Shown: in pieces, positions 14,230-26,938 of the stretch
Layout: each line of letters begins with the position of its first letter
Numbering within the stretch: position 1 is the first letter of the stretch
Assembly (NCBI RefSeq): GCF_006345805.1
Contig: NC_043017.1
Coordinates: 27,342,001-27,406,000 of the forward strand
Reading direction: 5' to 3'
DNA length: 64,000 nt
Origin: Octopus sinensis
Taxonomy: Eukaryota
Notes under the pieces: generated by a model
Told to the model about the DNA's origin: nothing
The model's database searches: none
What the model saw: the letters and a program-made list of their open reading frames with translations, nothing else
Position numbers and translations under genes: made by a program

Positions 14230-14490
14230 ATCGTGCTTTCACTTTACTACCGAGCGCAGCCCGGTGTGCCTTGGGTATTTGCTGTAGTTTGCGGTGATGC
14301 TTTTACAGTTACTGTATTGAAAGTGTTTTGCGTAGGATGTGTGCAGCGCCCAGTAGTGCAATCTTATGTATGCTATATATATTTACAAGTCCTAGTGTTT
14401 TTGCCATGTAGTTGTCTGAATATTTTTTATCATACCTAATGCACCTACTATAACAGGAATTGTCTTTGTTTCTAGATTCCACATTAAAGT
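14230..14490 (-). pseudogene. 3' end of RLE-type (R4/Dong-like) non-LTR retrotransposon
   Basis: Minus strand MWNLETKTIPVIVGALGMI-(1-nt frameshift)-KKYSDNYMAKTLGLVNIYSIHKIALLGAAHILRKTLSIQ* then a short 3' UTR; resembles the R4/Dong C-terminal motif. Confidence 0.7.
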
Positions 14491-14556
14491 TACCCCTATT
14501 TATATTTTGAAAAATACAATATTTATTATTATTATTATTATCATTATTATTATTAG

Positions 14557-14740
14557 GGCGTCGAACTGGCAGAAACGTTAGCACGCGGGCAAAATTACGT
14601 TCTGTGTTCAAATTCCGCCGAGGTCGACTTTGTCTTTCATTCGATGAAATATGTACCAGTCAAGTGCTGGGTCGATGTAATGAAGTTGTACCCCTCCCCT
14701 CAAATTTCAGGCCTAGTACATATAGTAGAAATGATTATAA
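14557..14740 (+). mobile_element. SINE family B (older tail variant)
   Basis: ctggcagaaacgttagcacg...gttcaaattccgccgaggtcgacttt...cccctcccctcaaatttcaggcc. Confidence 0.8.
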
Positions 14741-14989
14741 TTATCATCATCATTACTTTTATTATTATTATTTTCTTATTATTATTATTATTAAGTCGAC
14801 GAGCAGGCAGAATCATTCGCAAGCTGGACAAAAAACTTAGTTATTTAGCGCGTTGCTATATTCTAAGTTCAAATTCTAACGAAATCCACCTCATCTTTCG
14901 TCCTTTTGGCGCCGATTAATTAAGAACCAGTGAAACGCTAGTGTTGTGCTTTTAGTAGAAAACATGATTATTATCACTGTTATGTTTAA

Positions 14990-15450
14990 GGTGGTGAGCT
15001 GGCAGAAACGTTAGCACGCCGGGCGAAATGTAAGGAGGTATTTGGTCTGCCGCTACGTTCTGAGTTCAGATGCCGCCGAGGTCGACTTTGCCTTTTATCC
15101 TTCCAGGGTCGATTAAATAAGTACCAGTTACGCACTGGGGTCGATATAATCGACTTGATCCGTTTGTTTGTCCTTGTTTATCCTGTGTTTAGCCCCTTGT
15201 GGGTAGTAAAGAAATGGGTATTTCATCTGCCACTACGTTTTCAGTGTTTAGCCCCTTGTGGGTAGTAAAGAAATGTTTAGCCCCTGTGGGTAGTAAAGAA
15301 ATGGGTATTTCATCTGCCACTACGTTTTCATCCTTTTGGGGTCGATAATTTAAGTAGAAGTTACGCACTGGGGTCGATATAATTGACTTAATCCGTGTGT
15401 CTGTCCTTGTTTGTCCCCTCTCTGTGTAGCCCCTTCTGGTCAGTAAAAAA
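14990..15450 (+). mobile_element. SINE family B with partial tandem repeats of its 3' module
   Basis: Full copy, then gtagtaaagaaatgggtatttcatctgcc restarts and repeated gccccttgtgggtagtaaagaaat. Confidence 0.85.
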
Positions 15451-15493
15451 AAATAAGAATCGTTACCACATCGGCCATTCTGTCTGTCTGTCT

Positions 15494-15800
15494 CATTGCG
15501 TGGCACTTCTACTATAATTTCGGGCCGAACAAAGCCTTGTGAGTGGATTTTGTAGACGGAAACTGAAAGTAGTCCTGCGTATATATGTATATGTATGTGT
15601 GTCTGTGTTTGTTCCCCTCCCAACATCGCTTGACATCTGATGCTGGTGTATTTACATCCAGTAACTTAGCGGTTCGACAAAAGAGGCCGATAGAATAAGT
15701 ACTCGGCATACAAAGGATAAGACCTGGGGTCGATTTGCTCGACTGAAGGCGGTGCTCCCGCATGACCGCAGTCAAATTACTGAAACAAGTAAAAGGATAA
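15494..15800 (+). mobile_element. SINE family A, 5'-truncated
   Basis: Homology from ctgcgtggcac region to tail. Confidence 0.85.
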
Positions 15801-18800
15801 ACGAATAACTGATATTCCAAAAGTACCAGCAATATATTAGTACTAATTATTCTCTCTCTCTCACACATATTCTCTCCTTCTTTCTCTCTCTCTCACACAC
15901 TTTCTCTCCTTCTTTCTTTCTCTCTCTCTCTCTCTTAGTTGGCAACGTGTAAAATGCTATACAGGATCAGCTGCAACTACACATTCTAACAAAAACAGAA
16001 GATTTTAGCGTGAAACGTGCAAGACCTTCTCTTGAAAGAAAATTAATGATCTACAATGATTGTTCTTCAAAGAAGGATCCATGAACAATGCAACAAGGAA
16101 CAGCGGTGAAATAACTTCAAGTATTTAGATACATTGTCTTTTTGTTTCATTCTCAGCTTGGAATCAACAAATTTCATAGATCTGTTTCATCCCCCAGATT
16201 CGATAAACTAAGTCTCCCGCATATATCTGCGTTTATAAACACCACTGATCCCCCACTTATACATCACTCCGATGAAGTGTGAAACAAAAGCAACGTTTGT
16301 CTTTATTCCCTTAAGACTCAACAGATTTAGTGAGATCATTAGAACTCCGAACTAAATACCTAATATTATTTAGATACTTCCTGCTATATAGAAAGTTGAA
16401 AACCTCCTAGATTTAGCTTTGCCTTTCATGCCGATAGTCTAAATTACAATAAGAGCTATTAATACACAGAGGTCGACAATATCAGAGAATCTAATTATCG
16501 ATTTCCTTATTCGATAACATTCTTACTTGAAATACCCTGAAGAAACGTTTCATGCAAAATCCATACCCCTCTACCTGCAATTAATAAATTCTTCTATTTC
16601 CTCAACTGGTATTTCAGCATCCAATTTAACTCATATTAGTTCAACACCCGTATCTTAAATCTTTTTCTTCTCTGCATATATTTTCGGTTAATACGCCTAT
16701 TATTTTTCCTTCAATAATTTTTTGGAATTTCACCCAAATAGTTAGTACAAGTTTTTCCGTCTCTTTCCATTTACCTCTGTATATCTTGTACCATAACACT
16801 TGTCAAACATCCATACTTCCTACTCGTGCTAGCTTCATCAAATCTTCTTTGTTCTCTAGACGAGAAAAGTCCTTCATCTTGCCAAGTTCCGAATATTCCG
16901 TGTTTATGCCGTTAATAAGATTACCATTTACATTCCATGCGTTCGTTTACTTAAAACAGCTTTCTTTCCATAACTAACAAACGCAAAACAATTATACAGC
17001 TAGAAATAGCAGACAAAATCGGCAAGGAATTAAAAGCCAACGTCTTAAGGGAAGAAACGTTAGAATTCTACATACAGTTAGATATATTAGAAATCGTAAC
17101 CCTAGGACAACAGGCAATAGCTGCTTTTGGACTAAGGAATTGCTGGATTAAGAATTACCTGGCGTAAGATAGCAAAAAAAAAGGTCATAGGGAGATAGAG
17201 AGAGAAACAGAAAATGACAATAAAATCAGGAAAACAAACCTAATAGGGAGGCGTCTATGCCATGACCAAATCTAGGAAATTTATTATTCAAACCTCCTTC
17301 AGATTACAAAGTATTATCATTACAGACTATCCACAGACTAAATAATAAGCTCATAGATACAATATGTATGAGAAAGGGATGTCCTAGTCTTCCATAAATG
17401 GAAACGTATATTATGCAGACACAAATTCGTATGTACATTCGTTTATTGACACAGAAAAGACAAAATACAAAATTTCTCGCAATAATTTTGAACTCGGAAC
17501 GTACAGAGTTGAGAAAATATTAATGAAGATAGAATTATCGATAAGATGCCACTGTGAATCGATCCCACGATTTTCGATCGTGAGTCGAATATACTAACCA
17601 CTAAGCCAAACGCTTCACTGGAAACGTAAATAAATGTTTTAAAACGCTAAAGAATTTATCCAATTTCCTCAAACTATTTAGGATCAAAATGTTTAATTGG
17701 AGAAGATATTGGCTGATATTTCTAGCTGATAAAGTGTCAAGGGAGTGGATTCCTCGCACGCCGTAGCAAAATAATTATTTCTAATTGAGACACAAAGCAA
17801 GCATTTTCGAGAAGAAGCTGTTTAGTGAATCAACCTAAATACATGCCAAATGCTTTATTTAACGAATCTACAGGAACGAAAAGCAAAGGTAACTACGGTG
17901 TGATTTGAACTTTGAACACAATACACCAGAACATACAACGCAATGCTTTTACACGACTGTCAAATAAATCTGCAAAGGCAGCGACATTAGATGTTCCGAA
18001 ATAATTGTTTCAAATATTGGTACAGGTCCGGCAGTTTTAGAGAGGAAGGATAGTCCATTATAATGATAATATGTATTTTGAATCCGCTATTCGATTTAAG
18101 GTTTTTCCTCGATTTTTTTTTATAATAGGATCAATTTATATTGAATTCATTAATTTTGTTTATCGAATGCTTAAGACCGTTTTTGAAAGGACCAATGAAA
18201 CGAATCCTGTTGTAAAGGTCTCTCCTTTTAATTTTGATTATATAGTTATTTCTGTTCTATTTTAACAAAACTGCCCAACGAACGGGAACGTGAAACTCTG
18301 AGTAACAGCTTTTCTTATATTTCTGCTGCTTTTAAATAAAGTATATATATATGTATGTAGATACATAAATATATATGTACGAATATATATATATATATAT
18401 ATATTATAGCATCTTTATCGTATCCAGGGTTAAAGATAGTTGGGTCAAATTTAGCTATGAATATAACTCCGCAATAGTTTTCTGCCTGAAGTCATCTGAT
18501 TGACAGCATTACCAATTTATGGAATGGAATCCTGCCCAGTCGCTGGTATTTTAATCTACAGATTTCATAATGATTAATGGCTAAATTCATGTCGAGGAGA
18601 TTTCATCTCAGAGATTTACAGGCACGGAGTGTATGTCAAAGTTATATCCACGAGGCTATAACGGTTCTGCGAATTCATTCACTTAGATTTAGGAATTTAT
18701 TATCAACATAAATATCATAAGGCAACACTCTTAGCGGCATTTCCTTCTTGTTTAGTTTCTGAGTTCAAATTCCACCGAGGTCCCCCTTGTCGTTCGACAG

Positions 18801-18914
18801 TTGGGTTTCGACGAAATAAACACCAGTGGATCGACTAACTTCATCTTCCAAAATTACTGGCCTTTGCCAAAATTTGAAACTAATATGTATATCATTAAGT
18901 GAAGAAAAATATGG

Positions 18915-19088
18915 CGGCGAACTGACAGACTCGCTAGCACGCCAATTAAAATGTTCAGTAGTATTTCATTCGTCTTTACGTTCTGCGGTCAAATTCCTCC
19001 ACGGTTGACATTTCCTTTCATCTTTCCGAGGTCAGTTAAATAAGTTCCAGTTTAGCAATGCAGTCGATGTGATTGACTTACCGCCATC
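18915..19088 (+). mobile_element. SINE family B, 5' part (its tail lies at 20778-20819)
   Basis: ggcggcgaactgacagactcgctagcacgcc...gtcgatgtgattgacttaccgccatc; tail gaccttgtgtcaaaaatttaaaaccaatat resumes after a 1.69-kb insertion. Confidence 0.7.
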
Positions 19089-19840
19089 TGGTGGAGGGAG
19101 CTGCGAGTGAGGTAGTGTAGTTGTAGGGGTAAGCTGATGGTCTACAAGGGAAGTATGGAGAAGGGGATGGCGGAGTGGAGAGGGTGGGCTGCTCGAAGAG
19201 TAGTTTGACGCAGATGACAGGGGTGTTTAGGTGCATGACAGCGGGTACGAGAGATTGTTGGATTCATTTGGAGGAGTTGTTTGACGTAATATGGTTGTGT
19301 TACATCTTGCCCTTTGTGGTGGAGTATGAGGATATAAGAAAAAAAATGAACAGGTGAATATTTAATTTTAATTAACTGTAAAAACATATATTAATGTGCA
19401 CCTTTAATTTTTAAAATTAAAAAAAGAGAAAAAAGACTCTGAAATAATGTATTCACGTGAACTTTTAATTTTCAAAATGAAAAAAGAGAAAAAACTCTAA
19501 AATAATGTATTAATGTAAATTTTTAATATGAAAAATGAATAGAAAAAACTCTAAAATAATGTATTAATGTGAAGTTTTAATTTGAAAAATGAAAAGAGAA
19601 AAAACTGTAAAAATCATATGTTAATGTAATCACTTGGCTTCGGGGATCGAATGGGCATTGCACCTTATTTTGTCATTTATTCATAATATCGTTAGTTTTT
19701 ATTTGTTTTTGTTATTACTCAATCTCCCTTATTGTTATTTTAGTTCCCCGAGTTTAAGTTTTGTACTGTCTTTATATTGTGTTGTCTTTGTGTATCGTCA
19801 GACATATTTGTATATCCTTTCTACGGGTAATAAAAAATTA
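19089..19840 (+). mobile_element. ORF1-like non-LTR element, copy A (ORF C-terminus + 3' UTR with ~56-bp minisatellite)
   Basis: FDADDRGV*VHDSGYERLLDSF...VVEYE homologous to copy B; 3' end ggtaataaaaaatta. Confidence 0.65.
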
Positions 19841-19854
19841 GGCTTACCGCCATC

Positions 19855-20763
19855 AGCGATTGAGGAAGGTTGAATGTAGTGGTAGAAGGAAGACGTCCTA
19901 ATTGTTGTATTGGCGGGACATGGGGCCATATGAAGGCTCAGTGCCCCTTGTTTGAATTTACTGGGAGTGAAAAAAGAGGAACAGTAAAAGGAAATGGAAA
20001 TGACAATAGAAACGCGAGTGGTAAGGATCGAGTTGAAAGAGGGGAGTGATGGCTTTGTCAGCCCCAAAAGAAGGAAAAAAAACAAAGACAAGAGGGTATC
20101 CGACGGAAAAGACAAAGTCAAACAAAATTAAGGAACGAAGCGAAGCCAAAAATACGCATGAAATAATAGAGTACGAAAATAAGGCTTACTTGGCAATGTA
20201 TGGGAAGAATGTGGACGGAAAAAAAGATGGCGAAATAGGAGGGACTGGTAAGAGTGAAGTTGCCTAGAGAAGGATTCGATATTGATGATAGAGGTGTTTG
20301 GATACCTGAGGAAAATTTTGAAAGATTTATGGATGCATTTTTGGAACATTTGAAAACGGTATATGAGTTCTGGTAGGTTGAAGTTACACCTCCTGCAGTG
20401 GAATACGAGAGGTTGAAAGGAATAGATATCAAGATAAAAGAACTTCTAGTATTTTTTATATTAAAAAAAAGTTTGGAAAGAAACAAAAAAATGGCTGTGA
20501 AAAAATGTATATATGTAGATTTTTTTTAAAAAGAAAGAACTGTGAAAATGAAACCACATGGCTTTGGGGTTCGAGTTTGCATTGCGCCTCATTTTCATTC
20601 TTTCATATTATCATTCGTTTCTTCGTAATTTTTCTTCTAATCTCATCCACGTCTTGCTAATTTTTAGTTCCCCCAGTTTATGCTTTGACACGTTTTGTAT
20701 TGTTATTGTTTTGTATTTGTCGACAAGCTTCTACGTTGTCCTTTATAGGTAATAAAACACTTA
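19855..20763 (+). mobile_element. ORF1-like non-LTR element, copy B, with CCHC zinc knuckle
   Basis: GRLNVVVEGRRPN-C-CI-[G]-GTWG-H-MKAQ-C-P (19864-19947; CX2CX4HX4C spacing with second C as ggc), then RVKLPREGFDIDDRGVWIPEENFERFMDAF...AVEYE; 3' UTR homologous to copy A, ending ggtaataaaacactta. Confidence 0.7.
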
Positions 20764-21280
20764 GACTTACCTCCATCAACGAAATGCTTGACCTTGTGTC
20801 AAAAATTTAAAACCAATATAAACATCATAAATCGTATGTGTTCCTAGACTAAGTACCTTGTACATTTTCGTGAATTTGTGAAATCAATGCATTTGGAATA
20901 TATTGCAATATATTTGATGTCATTCTCCGTATAGGAAAAGGTAGAGAAATGTACTTTAATTCATCTGAAAGCTGCATGTTTTAGTTCAATTCTTACCTTG
21001 GTGGGGAGAAAGGAAATGAAATTTAAATAGTTGAAACTTGAAGTCAGGATTGAAAATTGAGAATTTGAAAAAGTTTTTAAAGTGACAGTAATAAGTTTAA
21101 ATGAGTCTACCTATAATGCCGTTAGGTGTCTCCCAACACATTCTTGTACCTGAAAACACACTGCATATATATACACACATGCACACACACACATATATAC
21201 ATATCTATGTTGGTGTATTTCAAGGAACTCGTACGCATATATGGGTAAATTATATATAGATAATATAATAAATATGCCCT

Positions 21281-21498
21281 TTTAAAACCTAGCCAGGCTC
21301 ATGGACCCGGTTTCCTGGTTTCTATGACATATGTGTTCCCCAGCTGGATGGGACGCCAGTCCATCGCAGCGTTACTCACTTTTGCCAGCTGAGTGGACTG
21401 GGGTAAAGTGAAATGAAGTGTTTTGCTGAAGAACACAACGCGTTGCCCGGTCCAGGAATCGAAACCACAATCTTGCGATCATGGTGCTGTCATCCTAA

Positions 21499-21502
<4 letters not shown>
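21281..21502 (-). mobile_element. tRNA-derived SINE family D variant
   Basis: Minus strand gtggttaggatg...ttcgattcctggaccgggcaacgcgttgtgttcttcagcaaaacacttcatttcac...ccactcagctggc. Confidence 0.75.
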
Positions 21503-21596
<94 letters not shown>

Positions 21597-22177
21597 TAAA
21601 CATATGTATGTATGTGTGTGTAATCATATCTACGTATATTATCATAACGCTGTGTTACAGTGTATGTGTGACAGTAATAGTCGCAGTAATATTAATACCA
21701 GCAGTTTTCTGTACGATGAATGAATAAGTAAATAAATAACTAAGACGATAGAAATGAAAGCAGACGTTTTATTGCATTAAATATTCGTCACCTGCAACGC
21801 CGAAACATATGTAATTCTTTTGCTGCTATTTCATTATTGTTTTATTCGCTTATTTTTCGTTGGTCTTTAAAGTCTACATCTGTGCATTACATGACTAATT
21901 ATTATATATTCGTTTAAACGTTTTAAAAAATAAAATAAAACGCACACAGACACACACTACGAAGGTAACTGCTTCCAAGAATGTGTCTGACTAATCTTAC
22001 TGGAGAATTTTTACTTAGATCTCTTCTTATGTACATTATCGCAAAAGCATAGCATTTGAATCCAGGCGACAGCCCAGCTCAGCCCAACTCACTTCAGAAG
22101 TATTCTTCTGAGGAAAAAATGTAATTGAAACAAAATTCATACAATAAATACGTTAACAGATATATTTCAGGTATTCA

Positions 22178-22179
<2 letters not shown>

Positions 22180-22220
<41 letters not shown>

Positions 22221-22269
22221 TTACATATATATATATATAATATATATACACACACATATATTTATATTC

Positions 22270-22300
<31 letters not shown>

Positions 22301-22441
22301 CACACATATACATTTACATATATATATACATACACATATACATTTATATATATATATATATGTATATACATTTACATATATATATATATACATTTACATA
22401 TATATATATATACACTTACATATATATATATATACATTTAC

Positions 22442-22473
<32 letters not shown>

Positions 22474-22663
22474 TTGCATATATATATATATATATTTGCA
22501 TATATATATATATACATTTACATAACTATATATATATATATATTACATTTATATATATATATATATATATTTGCATATATATATATATATTACATTACAT
22601 AACTATATATATATATATTACATTTACATTTATATATATATACATACATTTACATTTATATAT

Positions 22664-22697
<34 letters not shown>

Positions 22698-22835
22698 CAT
22701 ACACATACATTTATATATATATAAATATATATACACACATATACATACATATATATATATATACACATACACATATACATATATATGTATATATACATAT
22801 ACATACATATATATATATATGCATGCATGCATATA
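22180..22835. repeat. Compound (TA)n/(TACATT) microsatellite
   Basis: Direct inspection. Confidence 0.95.
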
Positions 22836-23415
22836 AAGAGAGAGGAGGAGAGAGGCTGGTAATGTCCCACTGAGAATGATGGAGAATACAGAAATATCTT
22901 CTTGTTTCCATAGTTATTTCCTGTTATTTTTTTTCTTTTTGTGTTTTAGCTATTTTTGTTGTATTTTTTTTTTTTTAATCTTGCGAGTCAGGTGTCTTAA
23001 AATATTTCTTTTCATTCATATAATAGTCTGAAACAAGCAAAGTTTCGTTTGTTCCAGACAGACAGCAATTGAATTATTTACTATCGCTGATTGCTCGTAC
23101 TAGAGCACTACCGCATTAACATTATAAATAATATGAATACGATCTATCTGTCTTCATATTTAATCGTGAAAAAGTTAGGAGAAGGAATATCTAACATATT
23201 TATTCTTTATCTGAGTGGAATGTTAGAACCAGTATTGTAAATGCCATTAAAACTCCGTCAAATACTCTGTTCTTCGGAAAGAGTCTTGTCACAGTTACCC
23301 GTTAAGTCAACGACCTGCATGAAGTAGCAGTTACACGAAAGCGTATTCTCTTCGTCATAGTTGAAATGTAAGGAAACTTACATAAAATTTTGACATGGAT
23401 ATTTTAACATAGGCG

Positions 23416-23556
23416 GGATCGTTTCGGTTTGACCGGCAGTTTTTTCTAGCGGTGTCATTTGAAATTGTCACCTATAATTATGACCTTAGTATCGATCTAT
23501 TGCATTTGAATCTGTTTTAGGGTTAGGGTTAATTAGGGTTGGTTAGGGTTAAGAGA
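23416..23556 (-). mobile_element. Partial second copy of the 11314-11741 MITE (one end)
   Basis: ggatcgtttcggtttgaccggcagttttttctagcggtgtcat...ttagggttagggttaattagggtt matches the reverse complement of about 11610-11741. Confidence 0.8.
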
Positions 23557-24290
23557 AGGCACTACTTGTGATAAAATTGACTACTGTTTCTTGCAGATCT
23601 AGGAACCAAATAAAAGCATTCTGGCATTCTCGAAGGTTTCCGGAATGTTTAACTCTTTTTGCCATAGGAAATATTCTTGCAGATATCTTTTATAGATGTT
23701 GCAGCTGCAATATATTTTTTTTTATAAAAGGTGTTCCGTTCTTCACTGTTCATATATAATTAATGTTTATTGTGGTTAAAGGTAGTTTTTGTTTTCGCTG
23801 TAATCGGTTTATTTATCCAGTTTTGGGATCTGTTGATGTTCTTAGCGAAGGGCTTGTTTTTGTTGTTGATCATAATAAAGAGAAGGAGTGGAGAAAAATA
23901 GTGTTTCTATCGTCGATGTTTGTAATGATGATGGTATTGCTGGTGGAGGTGATGGTGAAGGCGGTGGTAGTGGCCCTGGAGATAATGAGGTTGGTCGTTA
24001 CTATATGTGAAATACGTTGATGAAGATGATTATTTGGATGATGATGAGGAGGAGGAAGATGCTGACGATGGTGGTAATGATGAAGGGGAGAAGGAGGATT
24101 ATGTTGATGATGATAGTGGTGAGGATGGCGATGGTTATGGTAGTAGAGGTGATAGTGGTGTTGGTACGCTTAAAGGTGTCGGTGAGGATGATGACGATGA
24201 TCACGAGTCGACATCATAACCACCACCACCACCACCATCATCATGTTGCTGTGCTATGAAAGGCGTTGTCCGAGAAAAAAACAAATATTC

Positions 24291-24322
<32 letters not shown>

Positions 24323-25053
24323 AACGATATTCTACGTTGTAACTAAGGAGGAAGTAGTTTATCATATCAGACGGATTCTTCTCCAACAAAATCCGTTATC
24401 TTATTTTCTTTATTGTAGAAGTACTGCCATTATTATTATTATTGTTATTATTATTGTTATTTGTTGTAGTAGTAATATCTGTTACAACGTGGGAGAGTGG
24501 TAAGGAATGTTAGGGTCGGGTAAACGAAAACGAAGCACTAAGGGAAGTCTTTTGGGTTGGGCTTTTTATTTGCAGATAAACAAACATAAATAAAGCAAAA
24601 ACAGTTTTTCCCTCCAAAGCTGCTGCAATTAAATTTATCTTTTCTGGAAACGAGAAAACTCTAATGTAATATCTACCTTTATGGGTTCGTCTTTAAAATA
24701 TTTCCACGGAATATTTCTCCCACGAGTATTTCCTTCTCCCGATGTTGTTTTCATAGTGAATGTATGTTTGAGCGATGTATAGAGACAGAGAGTCTGCGTG
24801 TGTGCCTGTCTATGTAAGATAGTCTTTGTATCTTTTTATGTGTGTTTCTTCCGTTCATCTTGTTCTCAAATATTTTCTTCCGTTTGTTCTTGTCGTTGTT
24901 TTCGTGCTTCTCATCCACGAGTTTAACTTTTTTGTTATTACTTCCGGTTTGAAAACCACGTTATTATATTACAACGTTCGTTTTGCTCTAATTGTATTCT
25001 CAAGATTATCCACACCCTCATCTCTCTCTCTTCCACTCAATACAACTAAAATC

Positions 25054-25240
25054 TTGCTGGCAGAATCGTTAGCATGCCGGGAAAATTACTTAGCGGCGTT
25101 TCGTCAAAAGGAGTTCAAATTCCATGAGACCCGACTTGGCTTTTCATCTTTTCTGTGTCGTTAACATACGTAGCAGATAGTAGGTTCGATGTAGGTGATA
25201 ATCCTTCACCTTCAAAATTTCAGGCCTTGTGCATTTAGAA
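25054..25240 (+). mobile_element. SINE family B, degenerate
   Basis: ctggcagaatcgttagca...gagttcaaattcc...aaaatttcaggccttgtg. Confidence 0.7.
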
Positions 25241-25302
25241 AAAAAATGCTTATTCTTTACCGTTCTCTCGTAATTTTGCCCAAGTTTGAACAGAACTGAA
25301 TA

Positions 25303-25690
25303 GGCGTAGGAGTAGCAGTGTGGTAAGTAGCTTCCTTACGAACCGCATAGTTTTGGGTTCAGTCCCACTGCGTGGCACCTTGGGCCAGTGTCTTCTACTA
25401 TATCCTCGGGTCAACCAAAGCCTTGTAACTGGATTTGGTAGGCGGAAACTGAAAGAAGCCCGTTGTATATATCTATGTATGTTTATGTGTCTGTGTTTGT
25501 CCCCTCAACATCGCTTGACAACTGTTTCTGGTGTGTTTACGTCCTCGTAACTTAGCGGTTCGGCAAAAGAGACCGATAGAATAAGTACTATGCTTACAAA
25601 GAATAAGTTCTGGGGTCGATTTGCTCGACCAAAGGCGGTGCTCCAGCATGGCCACAGTGAAATGACTGAAATAAGTAAAAGAGTAAGAGA
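25303..25690 (+). mobile_element. SINE family A
   Basis: Homologous head to tail. Confidence 0.9.
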
Positions 25691-26255
25691 GTTACCCATT
25701 TGTAGAAATAATTAAATAGAAATTATTAGTTATATAAACATAATTAGTAATATATAAATAATTAGCTATATATATATATAGATATTTAGTTATATGTAAT
25801 TAGTTAATTATATATAGATAATTAATTAAACATAATTAGTTATGTATAGATAGAAATAATTAGTTACTTATGTTACCAAATTCATGGCAGCAGAGCTTTA
25901 AATGTTTGAATATATACAAGAGAATTGGAGAAATTTTCGATCATTATCTTTGTCAGTCACGTGTCAGCTACATTTCGCCTGATTATAGGCTTTTAACAGA
26001 ATAAAATCTGGTGTTTCCGGATCGTATTGGTAAGAATAAAATGGAAATGTTTCTTTTCACTATTAAATGTACTTGGAATATACTAAGTGGTTTCACGTGC
26101 AGTCGGTCACAGTTTTCAAACAAGTAGAGAAATAAATGTGCCCACGCGCGTGTGTGTATCTATATATGTATCTACGTATATATGTAGGTATGTGTGTATA
26201 CATGTTTATGTGTGTGTGTGTGTGTGTGTGTGTATACTCTTTTACACGTTTCAGT

Positions 26256-26640
26256 GTGGAGGCGCAATGGCCCAGTGGTTAGGGCAGCGGACTCGCGGTC
26301 GTAGGATCGCGGTTTCGATTCCCAGACCGGGCGTTGCGAGTGTTTATTGAGCGAAAACACCTAAAGCTCCACGAGGCTCCGGCAGGGATGGTGGTGATCC
26401 CTGCTGTACTCTTTCACCACAATTTTCTGTCATTCTTAATTCCTGTTTCTGTTGTGACTGTATTTCAAAGGGCCGGCCTTGTCACTCTCTGTGTTACGCT
26501 GATTATCCCCGAGAACTACGTTAAGGGTACACGTGTCTGTGGAGTGCTCAGCCACTTACACGTTAATTTCACGAGCAGGCTGTTCCGTTGATCGGATCAA
26601 CCGGAACCCTCGTCGTCGTAACCGACTGAGTGCTTCAATT
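26256..26640 (+). mobile_element. tRNA-derived SINE family C
   Basis: ggaggcgcaatggcccagtggttagggcagcggactcgcggtcgtaggatcgcggtttcgattccc (A/B boxes); partial copy at 33461-33690. Confidence 0.85.
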
Positions 26641-26645
26641 CCACA

Positions 26646-26822
26646 CGTTTCAGTCATTCGACGGCGGCCATGCTGATGTACCTTCTTTAGTCGAACAAAT
26701 CGCCCCCAGGACTTCTTCTTTGTAAGCCTAGTACGTATTTTGGGTCCCTTTTGCTGAACCACTAAGTTTCAGAGATATAAACACACCAACATCTGTTGTA
26801 AAGCGATGGTAGCGGGGACAAC

Positions 26823-26853
<31 letters not shown>

Positions 26854-26858
26854 GTATG

Positions 26859-26896
<38 letters not shown>

Positions 26897-26897
26897 T

Positions 26898-26938
<41 letters not shown>

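Noticed and set aside
16400-16980. Minus-strand AWNVNG resembling the APE endonuclease N-terminus
   Set aside because: Downstream APE motifs were not found; many stops.
19634-20777. Direct repeats interpreted as LTRs of a TRIM
   Set aside because: Homology extends upstream into the ORF C-terminus in both copies, so these are tandem 3' portions of one element rather than LTRs.
24007-24219. Acidic D/E/G-rich ORF and His-rich alternative frames
   Set aside because: Degenerate triplet low complexity; other frames are interrupted by stops; no domain or splice support.
26256-26335. tRNA-like sequences at SINE heads
   Set aside because: They continue into SINE bodies and lack a complete cloverleaf acceptor stem; not tRNA genes.
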